From an uncultured delta proteobacterium (GTDB taxonomy: Bacteria; Desulfobacterota; Desulfobacteria; Desulfobacterales; QNYZ01): 64,000 bases of DNA. A program made the position numbers and the translations under genes. The stretch covers positions 448,001 to 512,000 of the forward strand of contig CAWJQU010000008.1 of NCBI GenBank assembly GCA_963845145.1, read 5' to 3'. The notes beneath the pieces were generated by a model. The model made no database searches. It was given only the letters and a program-made list of their open reading frames with translations, and was not told the DNA's origin. Numbering within the stretch: position 1 is the stretch's first letter; each line of letters starts with the position of its first letter. Positions 1 to 10,941 of this stretch are shown in pieces.

Positions 1-67
1 AAGATTCCGGCCTGCAGGGCCAAAACGACCTCTTGTGACCGAAATCGCTCCGGAAAGGGAACATTCA

Positions 68-814
68 ATGAAAAATTCTTTGCTTACTGATCTCAAAACC
101 CTTGTATACAATGGTGAAAGCGGCGTTTTGACCGTTGATCACAAGTTTGGCAACCAAGCGAAGGTTTACATTGAAGAGGGACTAATAGCGGGGATCGTGG
201 CCGGAAATACCACTGGAACAGAAGCTGCCAAACTTTTCGGTCGCTGGATAAGCGTCACCTCTCATTTCTCCAAACAGAAAATCACACTCCCCAAAAACAT
301 AAAAAGTGTTGAAACCAGCTCTTTTTTATCTGCTTTGGAAAAAGTCGCTGCGAGCGTCGAAAAGCTAAAAGACGTGATACCCAGCTACGATACGTGCATT
401 AAGATAGATATGGAAAAATCGAACACCGACAACCAGTTTTCTTCACAAGAACTTAAAATTGCCCTTCTTCTCGATGGCACCCGATCCGTTGAGCAAGTCA
501 TATCAGAATCAGGCCAGCCAGAATTAGAGGTACTCGCAAAAATTTATAAGCTCTGCAATTTAGGCATCGCCCGAATTTTTAAGGCCAACAAGCCGATGAA
601 AAAACAAGCGTGCGAGTCCTTTCTAAAAAACCTACAGGAGACGCTGAGTGAACTTGTCGGACCCGTCGCAGATGTTCTGTTGGATGATGCCTTTGAAAAA
701 ATCGGAATACAGCCGGATTCTCTTTCGGAAACGGACATTCCCCTTCTATTAAATACGATCGGTGCCGAATTGGGTGAGAAAGAGAGAGCTGTTCTTGGAA
801 AATTAAGCGGTTAG
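68..814 (+). CDS. DUF4388/PATAN-like N-terminal domain protein with wHTH-like and C-terminal helical regions
   Basis: Intact ORF; ATG at 68 follows GGAAAGGGA. N-terminus 'ESGVLTV...AKVYIEEGLI' resembles DUF4388; middle 'LLDGTRSVEQVISESG' is wHTH-like; C-terminus 'LSELVGPVADVLLDDA'. Confidence 0.6.
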   Translation: MKNSLLTDLKTLVYNGESGVLTVDHKFGNQAKVYIEEGLIAGIVAGNTTGTEAAKLFGRWISVTSHFSKQKITLPKNIKSVETSSFLSALEKVAASVEKLKDVIPSYDTCIKIDMEKSNTDNQFSSQELKIALLLDGTRSVEQVISESGQPELEVLAKIYKLCNLGIARIFKANKPMKKQACESFLKNLQETLSELVGPVADVLLDDAFEKIGIQPDSLSETDIPLLLNTIGAELGEKERAVLGKLSG

Positions 815-924
815 CCAAACCGTTGGTAAATTCATTCGACAGCTAATTCATCGCTCTCACAAGTCAAGGGTTGTGTTTCTCAGGTTTATTCCCCAAATAG
901 ACTGTCTTCTCTATTCTATTCGAT

Positions 925-3900
925 TTATTTAACACGACGAATATAACGTTTGCGCTTTTCGTTTTCCATCGGCACGAAGGGCAAAATCGTGGTCTGGATG
1001 GCGTCAAATCCAAGTAGATCATGAATATCACGGTTGAGCATTGATCCGGCGGCAATTCTTAAATCATCGGGTAGGGCAATGACTGTATCGGTCTTCAAAG
1101 GGTCGGTTAAATGTAGGTACCCCCGGCAGGAGCCGGCATGTTTTACCAATATCGCTTTCAACTGCCCCAATATTTCCCGGTTCGCCCGGTTAACATCCAG
1201 GGACAGATGGACATCCGCAGTCCAGGTTTCCTCGGCCTGATCAATGGGAATAAGGTTGCCCGCCAGGATTTTTGCATCATTTTCTCTTTTCTGAACCTCG
1301 CCTTCAACGAAAACCACACCACCCTCCCGGACAAGGGGTTCCACCTGTGAAAACAGATTTGAGAATACGACCACCTCCATGACCCCATTGATGTCTTCCA
1401 AAGTGACAAACGCCATACGGCCGTTCCTGGATGTAATCTCCTTGGTGGCAGAAATAATGCCACCCACACGGACGGTTTGCCCGTCTTTTTTTTCCGATAG
1501 CGTCAATGCATCCACATCGGAATACTTCTCCACCGTTGCGCGGTAGGCATCCAGGGGGTGGCCGCTGACATAAAAACCAAGGGCCTCTTTTTCCAGCACC
1601 AGTTTTTCATCCAAAGCCCACTCATCAATGGTAGGTATCGGTGGATAATCACTGGCCGAATCGCCATCACCGGTAAAATCAAACAACCCCATTTGGGGAT
1701 TATCCCTTTCACGCTGGACGCGCTGTCCGTGTTCAACCGCATCATCGAGCACCGCCATTAAGCGGGATCGGTAGGTACCGCTACCATCAAAAGCACCGCA
1801 TTTAATCAGACTCTCGATGACACGCTTATTAAACTTGGTTAAATCCATCCGTTCGCAAAAATCAAACAGGTTTTCAAATACGCCCCCTTCGGTACGCTGG
1901 GCGATCATCGCCTCGATGGCCCCTTCGCCTACGTTTTTAACCGCTGCCAATCCAAAACGAATTTTTTCATTCTCAACGGTAAAGGTGACTTCGCTGGCAT
2001 TGATATCCGGTGGCAATACGTCAATATTGTGATGCCGACATTCAGCGATGTATTTAACGACGCCATCCGTTGAATGCATAGCGCTCGTGAGCAATGCCGC
2101 CAGTATCTCCACCGGATAGTGGGCCTTAAGGTAAGCCGTCTGGAAGGTAATCAGGGCATATGCAGCGCTATGGGATTTATTAAATCCATATCCCCCGAAT
2201 TTAGCCATCAGGTCAAAGATGGTTTCCGCTTTTTCTTTGGGAATTTGATTATCGAGAGCCCCTTCAATAAACCGGGAACGATGCTTATCCATAATGGCTG
2301 TAATTTTCTTACCCATGGCCTTACGCAGATCATCGGCCTCGGCCATCTGATAGTTGGCGAGAACACTGGCAATCTTCATCACCTGTTCCTGGTAAACGAT
2401 GACACCGTAAGTCGGCTTTAGAATCGGCTCCAGTTCCGGCAAAAGATAGGTCACTTCCTTACGCCCGTGCTTGCGCTCCACAAAATCATCCACCATCCCG
2501 CTTTCCAATGGGCCCGGGCGATAAAGCGCGACCAGGGCGATGATATCGTCGAACTGCTCAGGCCGAATCCGGGCCAGGAGGTTTTTCATTCCCGAACTTT
2601 CCAGTTGAAAGACGCCGGTAGTATCGGCCCGTTGCAGCAGCCGGTAGGTCTCGCTATCGCTGTGATCGAGTTTGGCCATATCCGGTATGTTTTTGCCCTG
2701 CATCTCGATCAACCGCAGGGCCTCTTTAATCACGGTCAGGTTCCGCAGCCCAAGAAAATCGAATTTCACCAGGCCAATTTTCTCAACATAATTCATGCTG
2801 TACTGGGTGGTTACTTCTCCCCGTTTTCCTCGGTACAAGGGCATGTAATTGACTAACGGTTTGTCGGCGATCACCACTCCGGCGGCATGGGTAGAAGCAT
2901 GGCGGGGTAGCCCTTCCAGAACCCGAGAGATTTTAATCAACTCAGCCACTTCCGGTTTCTCTGCGGCAATGGCGTTGATGCGCGGCTCTTTTTTCAGGGC
3001 TTCATCCAGGCTTACCCCGACAACATCCGGCACCAACTTGGCAATTTTGTCAACGACAGGCAAGGGGATGTCCAGTGCACGCCCGACGTCTCTGAGCACC
3101 GCGCGGGTTTTCATTTTACCGTAGGTGATAATTTGGGCCACATAGTCCTCGCCCCCGTATTTATCCACCACATATTTAAAAACGTCTTCGCGTCCGTTGA
3201 TACAAAAATCGACATCAATATCGGGCATGCTCTTACGGGCCGGATTTAAGAATCGTTCAAAAATCAAACCATAGGATAGTGGGTCCACATCGGTAATTCC
3301 CAGACAATAGGCTACCAGACTGCCGGCCGCAGAACCTCTTCCCGGGCCCACGGGAATATTTTGCGATTTGGCATAGGCGATAAAGTCAGCCACAATAAGG
3401 AAATAGCCGGCAAATCCCATCTTAATGATGATGGCCATTTCGTCTTTCAGGCGATTATCGTAAACAGCCTGGTCCACCTGGGGATTATCCTGTTTTATCG
3501 CGCCCATGATACGCTGATAGCCTGCGGCCACCTGTTTCTGCAGAGTTTCTTCGGCTGAGTCTTCAGAGTTGGATTTAAACTTTGGGAAATGAAACGTTTC
3601 AAAATCAAAATCGACATGACATCGTTTGGCTATTTTTACCGTATTTTCCAAAGCACCGGGATAATCCAGAAAATCGGCGGCCATTTCGTCCCTGGATTTA
3701 AAATAGAGTTGATCGGTTTGAAATTTGAACCGATTGGGATCATGGATGGTTTTCCCCGTCTGAATGCACAGCAACAATTCATGGGCGGTGACATCCTCCT
3801 GTTTGAGGTAATGACAATCATTGCTGGCCACCAGGGGAATGGAAAGCCGTTGACTCATGTCCAACAGCGCCTCGTTCACTCGATCCTGAACTTTAATGCC

Positions 3901-4437
3901 GTTGTTTTGTACTTCCAGGAAAAAATTCCCTTCACCGAAAATCTCCTGATATTCCAGGGCAGCCCGGTCGGCGGCTTCTATATCGTTTTGGACAATCAGC
4001 CGGGGAACTTCCCCCTGCAGACAGGCGGACATGGCGATAATGCCTTCACAGTTCTCCCTTAGAAGGGACTTGTCTACCCGCGGACGGTAGTAAAAACCGT
4101 TGAGATTGGCAATACTGACCAAGCGACATAAATTTCGATATCCGTCTGTGGTTTCGGCCAGTAAAATCAAATGGGATCGGCTTTTTTGGGTGCGATCGTC
4201 AATCCGACCCGGTGCCACGTAGCACTCACAGCCGATTATCGGTCGAATCCCAGCCGCTTTGGCTTTGAGGTAAAAGTCGATGGCCCCGAACATGGTGCCG
4301 TGATCGGTAACAGCGACGGCCGCCATACCGAAATCCTTTACCTGTTTCAACAGGGGATCGATTCGAATCGCACCGTCTAAAAGGCTATATTGGGTGTGTA
4401 GGTGTAGATGAACAAAATCGGGGGCGGCATCAGCCAT
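925..4437 (-). CDS. dnaE: DNA polymerase III alpha subunit
   Basis: 1170 aa intact ORF; PHP motif HLHLHTQYSLLDGA, GPGRGSAAGS, PDIDVDF, KFDFLGL, GFNKSH. Confidence 0.99.
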   Translation of the reverse strand: MADAAPDFVHLHLHTQYSLLDGAIRIDPLLKQVKDFGMAAVAVTDHGTMFGAIDFYLKAKAAGIRPIIGCECYVAPGRIDDRTQKSRSHLILLAETTDGYRNLCRLVSIANLNGFYYRPRVDKSLLRENCEGIIAMSACLQGEVPRLIVQNDIEAADRAALEYQEIFGEGNFFLEVQNNGIKVQDRVNEALLDMSQRLSIPLVASNDCHYLKQEDVTAHELLLCIQTGKTIHDPNRFKFQTDQLYFKSRDEMAADFLDYPGALENTVKIAKRCHVDFDFETFHFPKFKSNSEDSAEETLQKQVAAGYQRIMGAIKQDNPQVDQAVYDNRLKDEMAIIIKMGFAGYFLIVADFIAYAKSQNIPVGPGRGSAAGSLVAYCLGITDVDPLSYGLIFERFLNPARKSMPDIDVDFCINGREDVFKYVVDKYGGEDYVAQIITYGKMKTRAVLRDVGRALDIPLPVVDKIAKLVPDVVGVSLDEALKKEPRINAIAAEKPEVAELIKISRVLEGLPRHASTHAAGVVIADKPLVNYMPLYRGKRGEVTTQYSMNYVEKIGLVKFDFLGLRNLTVIKEALRLIEMQGKNIPDMAKLDHSDSETYRLLQRADTTGVFQLESSGMKNLLARIRPEQFDDIIALVALYRPGPLESGMVDDFVERKHGRKEVTYLLPELEPILKPTYGVIVYQEQVMKIASVLANYQMAEADDLRKAMGKKITAIMDKHRSRFIEGALDNQIPKEKAETIFDLMAKFGGYGFNKSHSAAYALITFQTAYLKAHYPVEILAALLTSAMHSTDGVVKYIAECRHHNIDVLPPDINASEVTFTVENEKIRFGLAAVKNVGEGAIEAMIAQRTEGGVFENLFDFCERMDLTKFNKRVIESLIKCGAFDGSGTYRSRLMAVLDDAVEHGQRVQRERDNPQMGLFDFTGDGDSASDYPPIPTIDEWALDEKLVLEKEALGFYVSGHPLDAYRATVEKYSDVDALTLSEKKDGQTVRVGGIISATKEITSRNGRMAFVTLEDINGVMEVVVFSNLFSQVEPLVREGGVVFVEGEVQKRENDAKILAGNLIPIDQAEETWTADVHLSLDVNRANREILGQLKAILVKHAGSCRGYLHLTDPLKTDTVIALPDDLRIAAGSMLNRDIHDLLGFDAIQTTILPFVPMENEKRKRYIRRVK

Positions 4438-4479
4438 GGTTTTATTATCCTATGATAGAATCGCCTGGTTCCTAAACCG

Positions 4480-5943
4480 CTATTCAATCCGATAATTAGG
4501 GGCCTCTTTGGTGATAATCACATCATGAACATGGCTTTCGCGCATGCCGGCGGCACTGATTTTTTGAAAACGCGCCTTTTCTCTGAGTTCTTCAAGCGTG
4601 CGGCAGCCAACATACCCCATTCCAGCTTTTAAACCACCGAGGAGTTGAAAGATGTTGGCGGCCAGCGACCCCCTATATGGAACGCGTCCCACAATGCCTT
4701 CGGGAACCAGCTTGTCATCTTCGGCTTCTTCGGTCTGGTAATAGCGATCCTTGCTGCCCATTTTCATGGACTCCAATGATCCCATTCCCCGGTAAACTTT
4801 ATAGCTTCGCCCCTGAAAAAGCACCTGTTCACCAGGGCTTTCATCGGTTCCCGCAAACAGTCCACCGAGCATGACCGAATGGGCACCGGCGGCCAAGGCT
4901 TTGGTGACATCACCTGAAAATTTTATCCCGCCATCGGCAATCAGCGGAATACCCGCCTTAGCGGCGACTTCGCGGCAATTCATAATGGCTGAAACCTGGG
5001 GGACGCCAATCCCTGCAACGATGCGGGTGGTACAGATGGAGCCGGGTCCGATACCGATCTTAACCGCATCCACGCCGGCGTCAATTAAGTCCTTAGCCCC
5101 CTCGGCATTAGCCACATTGCCGGCGACCAGTTCTATATCGGAAAAGGTTTTCTTTAGTTCAATCACCGCATCAAGCACATTTCTGGAATGGCCGTGGGAA
5201 GTGTCGATACAGATCACGTCGGCACCCGCTTTCAGCAACGCTCCCGTTCGTTCGACCATATCAGGTCCGACACCGACAGCGGCACCGGCTCTTAAGCGTC
5301 CCATTTTATCTTTGCAGGCGTAAGGGTACTTTTTTATTTTTTCGATATCCTTGATGGTGATCAGGCCAACCAATTGGCCGGCTTTATCTACCACAAGCAG
5401 TTTTTCAATCCGATGTTCATGCAGTAGTTGTTTTGAGGCTTCAAGGGTAATCCCCTCTTCTACCGTGACCAGGTTTTCCGACGTCATGACTTCCGCTACT
5501 TTTTTGTCCATATCGGTTTCAAAACGCAAATCCCGGTTGGTCACAATCCCCACCAATTGTTGATCTTGAACAACCGGAAGGCCGGATATTCGATATTGCC
5601 CCATCAGTTCAAGCACGGCTCCCACTAGTTGGTCGGGATGCACCGTCATCGGATCCACAATCATACCGCTTTCCGACTTTTTTACCTTGTCGATCTCGCG
5701 GGTCTGGCTATCAATATTCATGTTGCGGTGGATAAATCCGATACCACCAGCACGCGCCATACTGATGGCTGTGGCGGCCTCGGTCACGGTATCCATGGCC
5801 GCACTGACAATGGGTATATTCAAGGCAATTCGCCGCGTGAGCTGTGTTGCCACACTCACATCCTTGGGTAATACGTCCGAATAACCGGGCATCAATAACA
5901 GATCGTCAAAAGAATAGCTCTCTTGCGGGGTGATCAGGTTCAT
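4480..5943 (-). CDS. guaB: IMP dehydrogenase
   Basis: [11 protein letters not shown] catalytic motif, CBS pair, [16 protein letters not shown] before ATG at 5943. Confidence 0.98.
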   Translation of the reverse strand: MNLITPQESYSFDDLLLMPGYSDVLPKDVSVATQLTRRIALNIPIVSAAMDTVTEAATAISMARAGGIGFIHRNMNIDSQTREIDKVKKSESGMIVDPMTVHPDQLVGAVLELMGQYRISGLPVVQDQQLVGIVTNRDLRFETDMDKKVAEVMTSENLVTVEEGITLEASKQLLHEHRIEKLLVVDKAGQLVGLITIKDIEKIKKYPYACKDKMGRLRAGAAVGVGPDMVERTGALLKAGADVICIDTSHGHSRNVLDAVIELKKTFSDIELVAGNVANAEGAKDLIDAGVDAVKIGIGPGSICTTRIVAGIGVPQVSAIMNCREVAAKAGIPLIADGGIKFSGDVTKALAAGAHSVMLGGLFAGTDESPGEQVLFQGRSYKVYRGMGSLESMKMGSKDRYYQTEEAEDDKLVPEGIVGRVPYRGSLAANIFQLLGGLKAGMGYVGCRTLEELREKARFQKISAAGMRESHVHDVIITKEAPNYRIE

Positions 5944-6265
5944 TTTTACCTCCACCGATGACGGTGATATAATCGTGAAAAAGATGCGACAATTTCGCGA
6001 ACAATCCCAATAAATATCCGATTTTACATTATTTTGATGGGCGTCGGCTTAGACGCCTTGGGAAATCGACTTTAACGTAGTTTGAAGATATTGGTTTTTT
6101 AAAAACCACCGGGAATCGTTCAGCACTTTTTGGAATGGGGTGTAACAAATGCCCTCTTGATTCGCAACGACATTTTTTCAATGTTGACAAGCGTAAACAT
6201 TGTCATTTATTTAACGCATTGTGATAATTTGGCATTTGATAAAATAAAAAAAAATCGCACAAAGC

Positions 6266-6874
6266 ATGCTTCTCAAAATAAATCCACTTAATCCCCCGCA
6301 ACGATTGATCGACCGGGTGGTAAAGTTTTTAGACAAAGGTGGCATCATCGCCTATCCTACGGATACATTTTACGGTATCGGTTGTGATATCATGAACAAA
6401 AAGGCCATTTCCAAAATCTATCAAATCCGGCAGCGACAAAAGTCCAAACCGTTCAGTTTTGTCTGCTCGGATTTAAAAGATATCAGCCAATATGCCAAGG
6501 TTTCCAACTACGCTTACAAAACCATGCGCCGTTTGCTGCCTGGCCCATATACCTTTATCCTTGAGGGCTCCCGCCAAGTGCCGAAAATGATGCTGACCAA
6601 GCGAAAAACCGCAGGGATCCGTGTGCCGGATCATGCCATTTGTATCAAGCTGGTTGAGGGACTTGGGCGGCCGATTCTCTCTACAAGCGCGAAAGCGGCC
6701 GACAACACCGTTTTTTATGATCCGTCCCTTATTCATGAATATTTCGGGAAGCGTTTAGATGTCGTGATTGATGGTGGCGTTGTCCCAGGGCGACCTTCCA
6801 GTGTCATTTCCCTGATTGATGATACGCCGGAGGTGATTCGTGAAGGGTTGGGGGATGTGAGCAGCTTTGAATAA
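6266..6874 (+). CDS. Sua5/YciO/YrdC family protein (L-threonylcarbamoyladenylate synthase family)
   Basis: AYPTDTFYGIG, LLPGPYTFIL, GIRVPDH, ILSTSA motifs. Confidence 0.92.
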   Translation: MLLKINPLNPPQRLIDRVVKFLDKGGIIAYPTDTFYGIGCDIMNKKAISKIYQIRQRQKSKPFSFVCSDLKDISQYAKVSNYAYKTMRRLLPGPYTFILEGSRQVPKMMLTKRKTAGIRVPDHAICIKLVEGLGRPILSTSAKAADNTVFYDPSLIHEYFGKRLDVVIDGGVVPGRPSSVISLIDDTPEVIREGLGDVSSFE

Positions 6875-6882
6875 TCGGTAGG

Positions 6883-7794
6883 TTATTTGGCCGGGAGATA
6901 GAGCAAAGCCGGACGCAATTGCTGATAGAGCACTTTTTCCGTGATGAGATTTAATGTTGACTCGAAAAGGTATTTGAGAAAAGGGATTTCCTTGTCGCGA
7001 GCATATACCGCCTCAACCGTTCCTTTAACGCCTGCCAGATTCCCGGCCCATTGAACGGCATCTTCCATATTACCCAAACGATCAACCAACCCGGCCTGCA
7101 GTGCTGCCTCGCCGGTGATAATCCGGCCGTCGGCAACTTTTCGAACCTGGTCAACCGTCAACCCCCTACCATCGGCGATATCCTGAATAAATTGCCGATG
7201 GATGCCGTCAGACACCTCCTGGAGCAATTTTTTTTCTTCGGATGACATGGTGCGGGTCGGTGAGCCCATATCCTTATATTGGCCGCTTTTCACGACAACA
7301 GGAACCAATCCGATCTTTTCCAGCAGCTTTTCAAAATTCGCATATCCCATAATCACACCAATACTACCGGTGATCGTTCCGGGATTGGCCATGATCTTAT
7401 CCGCCGCGGCGGCCACATAATAGCCACCGGAAGCCGCCAACGTACCCATGGATACAACTATTTTCTTCGTCTTTTTGGTTTTTACGATTTCACGGTAAAT
7501 TTCCTGCGCCGGGCCGACACTGCCGCCGGGAGAATCAACCCGAAGCACAATCGCCCGAATCGATTTATCTTCGCGGAATCCTATTAAATGGCGAATGGGC
7601 GTACGGGCATCGGTAATCACCCCTGATAGCTCCACCACGCCCACTTTTTCCTTGCCGGATGATTGGCCGCTACGGTAGCCGACCGCTCGATTGAACCCAA
7701 TCGTGATAATCAGGGCCAGCACAATGAGCGTACCGGACACAATACCCGCAAAAATAAGGAGTGAATAAAGAAGTGGGTGTCTGCGAGCAAACAT
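6883..7794 (-). CDS. sppA: Signal peptide peptidase SppA (S49)
   Basis: RVDSPGG, AASGGYY, TGSIGVI, KSGQYKD motifs; N-terminal TM segment; follows rpsA. Confidence 0.95.
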   Translation of the reverse strand: MFARRHPLLYSLLIFAGIVSGTLIVLALIITIGFNRAVGYRSGQSSGKEKVGVVELSGVITDARTPIRHLIGFREDKSIRAIVLRVDSPGGSVGPAQEIYREIVKTKKTKKIVVSMGTLAASGGYYVAAAADKIMANPGTITGSIGVIMGYANFEKLLEKIGLVPVVVKSGQYKDMGSPTRTMSSEEKKLLQEVSDGIHRQFIQDIADGRGLTVDQVRKVADGRIITGEAALQAGLVDRLGNMEDAVQWAGNLAGVKGTVEAVYARDKEIPFLKYLFESTLNLITEKVLYQQLRPALLYLPAK

Positions 7795-7907
7795 CGTTAT
7801 ATTACCCGGTACCTCAGGAGGTTATTGCAGGAACACAATTTTTAAGGCCGTATCCTATGATCCGGATACGGCCACAAAGGTTGGCTCATAAAGATAAACG
7901 GTGGAAG

Positions 7908-10033
7908 CTACTCCGCAGGATTCTCGGTTGCTTTGGGGTCGTCATCCTGATTATCACTCTGGCTATCTTCAACCGAACCGGCCTCGGAAGAATCCGAATC
8001 GTCACCATCCACCACTTCGGTTTCATCCGCTACTTCGGTTTCTTCCGTTGCTTCCGTCGCTTCGGTCGCTTCGGTTTCTTCCGCTACGGTTGGCTCTACC
8101 CGTTTATTTTCAAATTTTTCTTGAAGGTTTTCTCTTAAAATTTCACCAAAGGTTGATGTGGGCGCCTTGGCCGTATTGACATAATCATTTAGCAGCCCCT
8201 GATCGTCCTCCATTTCCATCCGTTTGACGGAGAGGCCGATGCGTCGTTCTTCGCCGTTGATGTTCATTACTTTGGCCGTGAGCAGATCGCCGACCTGGAA
8301 CATATCCACAGGCGTCTTGATCTTCTCTTTACTGATCTCCGAAACATGCACCAACCCCTCAATGCCTTCCTCCAACTCCACAAAAATACCGAAGTCGGTG
8401 ACATTGGTAATGGTACCGGTGATTTCTTTGCCCACGTCGTAGCGGTCGCTGATCGTACTCCACGGGTCAGGTTCAAGCTGTTTTATCCCCAGCGAGAATC
8501 GTTCCCCTTCTTTATCGATGTCCAGCACTTTGGCCTGAACCATATCACCCTTTTTATATAGTTCGGAAGGATGTTTAATCCGTTTGACCCAGGAAATATC
8601 TGAAATATGAACCAGTCCGTCGATCCCTTCATCGATACCCACAAACATACCGAAATCGGTGATATTCTTAATTTTACCCTCAATGATCGTTCCGATGGGG
8701 TATTTTTCCGAAATCTCGTCCCAGGGATTGGGAACCACCTGTTTCATGCCAAGGGAAATGCGTCGGTTCTTGGGTTTGATGTCCAGAACAACGGCCTCGA
8801 CCTCATCTGCAACGGAAACCACTTTGGATGGGTGTCGAATTTTGCGAGTCCAGGACATTTCCGACACATGGATCAATCCTTCGATACCCTCTTCCAGTTC
8901 GACAAAAGCGCCGTAATCGGTCAGGCTGACCACTCGCCCAATGACCCGCTCTGTGATCGGATATTTTTCTTCTGCCGACAGCCACGGATCCGGCGTCAAT
9001 TGTTTAACCCCTAAGCGACACACGCTCTTTTTCAAGATCGATATTCAGTATCTTTACGGTGATGTTGTCTCCGACTGAAAACAGATCGGACGGATGTTTG
9101 ACACGGCCCCAGGACATATCGGTAATGTGCAGCAGGCCGTCCACGCCGCCCAAATCGACGAACACACCATATTCGGTAATATTTTTAACTTCGCCCTTCG
9201 ACTTCCTTGCCCTCATAAATCGACGCCAGGGTATCCGTCCTCATTGATTCCCGTTCGGATTCCATCAGAACCCGTCGGGACAGGACAATATTGCTTCTTT
9301 TACGGTTAAATTTTAACACTTTGAATTTGAATGTGCCACCGACAATATCATCAAGGTGACGCACGGGACGTAAATCCGCCTGGGATCCGGGTAAAAAAGC
9401 CTGAACCCCAACATCAACGGAAAAGCCACCCTTCACACGACTGGTAATAACGCCCTCAATGGGTTCTTCGTTTTTATAGGCCTGTTTGATGGCGTCCCAG
9501 ACCTTTACTTTTTCGGCTTTCTCTTTTGATAGGTTAACAACTTCATTTTCGTCATCCCAGAATTCGACCATGACCTCAACACTGTCACCAATCGCCGCAT
9601 CGGTATTACCCTCTTCATTGATAAATTCTTCAATGCGGATCTGACCTTCGGATTTGTACCCGATATCCACAAGGACATGATTCTTATCGATGGAGATAAT
9701 CCGGCCGGTTACGACCTGACCTTCTTCGAATTGTTTGAAGCTCTCTTCGTACATCTCCATCAAGGATTCCATCGTTTCCGGTTCATCGCCGGAAGCAATA
9801 TCGCCGGAAGCTTCATCGCCAGAAGCTATATCTGGAGATACATCAGCCGGTGTCTCGGATGCCTCATTGGGTTGTGCATCCGCATCGCTCCCGCTTACCG
9901 GTGAACCTTCCATTTCTGAATCCGTCGCCATTTCGGCAGTGACCTCAAGATCATTCACCGGGGCTGCATCTGTGTCCTGTGATTGGTTTTCATTCATTTG
10001 ATTGGTTGACATGTTTTCACCTACATCGTTCAT
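7908..10033 (-). CDS. rpsA: 30S ribosomal protein S1, split into 3 ORFs by two apparent indels (about 9010 and 9215)
   Basis: Six S1 repeats across ORFs 9185-10033, 9004-9216 and 7908-9035 ([58 protein letters not shown]). Confidence 0.95.
8010..8090 (-). repeat. Degenerate 9-bp tandem repeat encoding the acidic [17 protein letters not shown] tail of S1
   Basis: Plus strand cttccgttg cttccgtcg cttcggtcg cttcggttt units. Confidence 0.7.
9782..9836 (-). repeat. 15-bp tandem repeat (about 3.5 copies) encoding [10 protein letters not shown] in the S1 N-terminal extension
   Basis: ttcatcgccggaagc aatatcgccggaagc ttcatcgccagaagc tatatctgga. Confidence 0.8.
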
Positions 10034-10229
10034 TAAGTTAATCCCCCTTAGCCAATTTGTTTATGCGCTTGTCTGTTCGAAAAACGGTTGAAAACGCATA
10101 ACCTTGCCCATGTAACAAAGTAAAAATGGATATACAACCAAAAAATGGCGTACGGGTAAGAAATTGTTGAGATGCTTTCTTGAAGAGGAGAGGGATCGGC
10201 CAAACATATTGGCCGCATATATAGGCCTG

Positions 10230-10941
10230 GTTACGTCCCGGTGTGCGGCTCAGGCGAGCGACCACTCTATCGACAATCCGCGCCACGACCTGGTCGATGG
10301 TCAGCACCGTCGTATCCAGCTGCACAGCGTCATCGGCTGCTTTCAGAGGCGCCACAACCCGCGAAGCATCATTGGTATCCCTTTGAACCATATCCGCTTT
10401 AACCCGCTCAAACGTCAAATCCGCCCCATGGTTCAATTCACGATATCTTCGTTTGGCCCGGACGTTCACATCGGCATCCAGAAAAAATTTAACTTCAGCA
10501 TGAGGGAAAACCACGGTTCCCATATCCCGCCCTTCAAATACGGCTCGTCGATTGAAGGCCCAGATCCCGCTGCAATTTCAATAAATAGTTCGGCGAACCA
10601 CCGGTCGGGCAGAAACCGCCGAGGCGGACATGGAGATATGCGGCGTCCGAATTTCTCGCTAATATCCGCTCCGTTCACCCAAAGCACGCAACCCCTGTTC
10701 AGCCCGTATCAGCCGAATGGATAACGACCGGCAGAGTCGATCAAGGGCGACATCGTCGGTCAGGCTGATTTCCGAGCGAACGGCAGCAAAAGCAATGCCA
10801 CGGTAAAGGGCGCCAGTATCCACATAGTCGAAGCCCAGTTTTTCAGCTACCAGCCGGCTGACCGTGGTTTTTCCGGAGCCGGCTGGTCCGTCGATGGTAA
10901 CGATAAACGATTTGTCTACGAGGCCGGCAGTGAGATGTCAT
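10230..10941 (-). CDS. cmk: Cytidylate kinase (frameshifted; ends approximate)
   Basis: Minus strand 10861-10915 reads IVTIDGPAGSGKTTV, then YVDTGALYR; C-terminal MGTVVFPHAEVKFFLDA...RD..D..R...PL..A.DA; sits upstream of rpsA. Confidence 0.9.

Noticed and set aside
7761..8179. Plus-strand Arg/Phe-rich ORFs ([13 protein letters not shown])
   Set aside because: Antisense shadows of the acidic repeat tail of rpsA.
10038..10230. Long C-terminal extension of Cmk
   Set aside because: Probably read-through from an indel; the region looks like the AT-rich rpsA promoter/leader.
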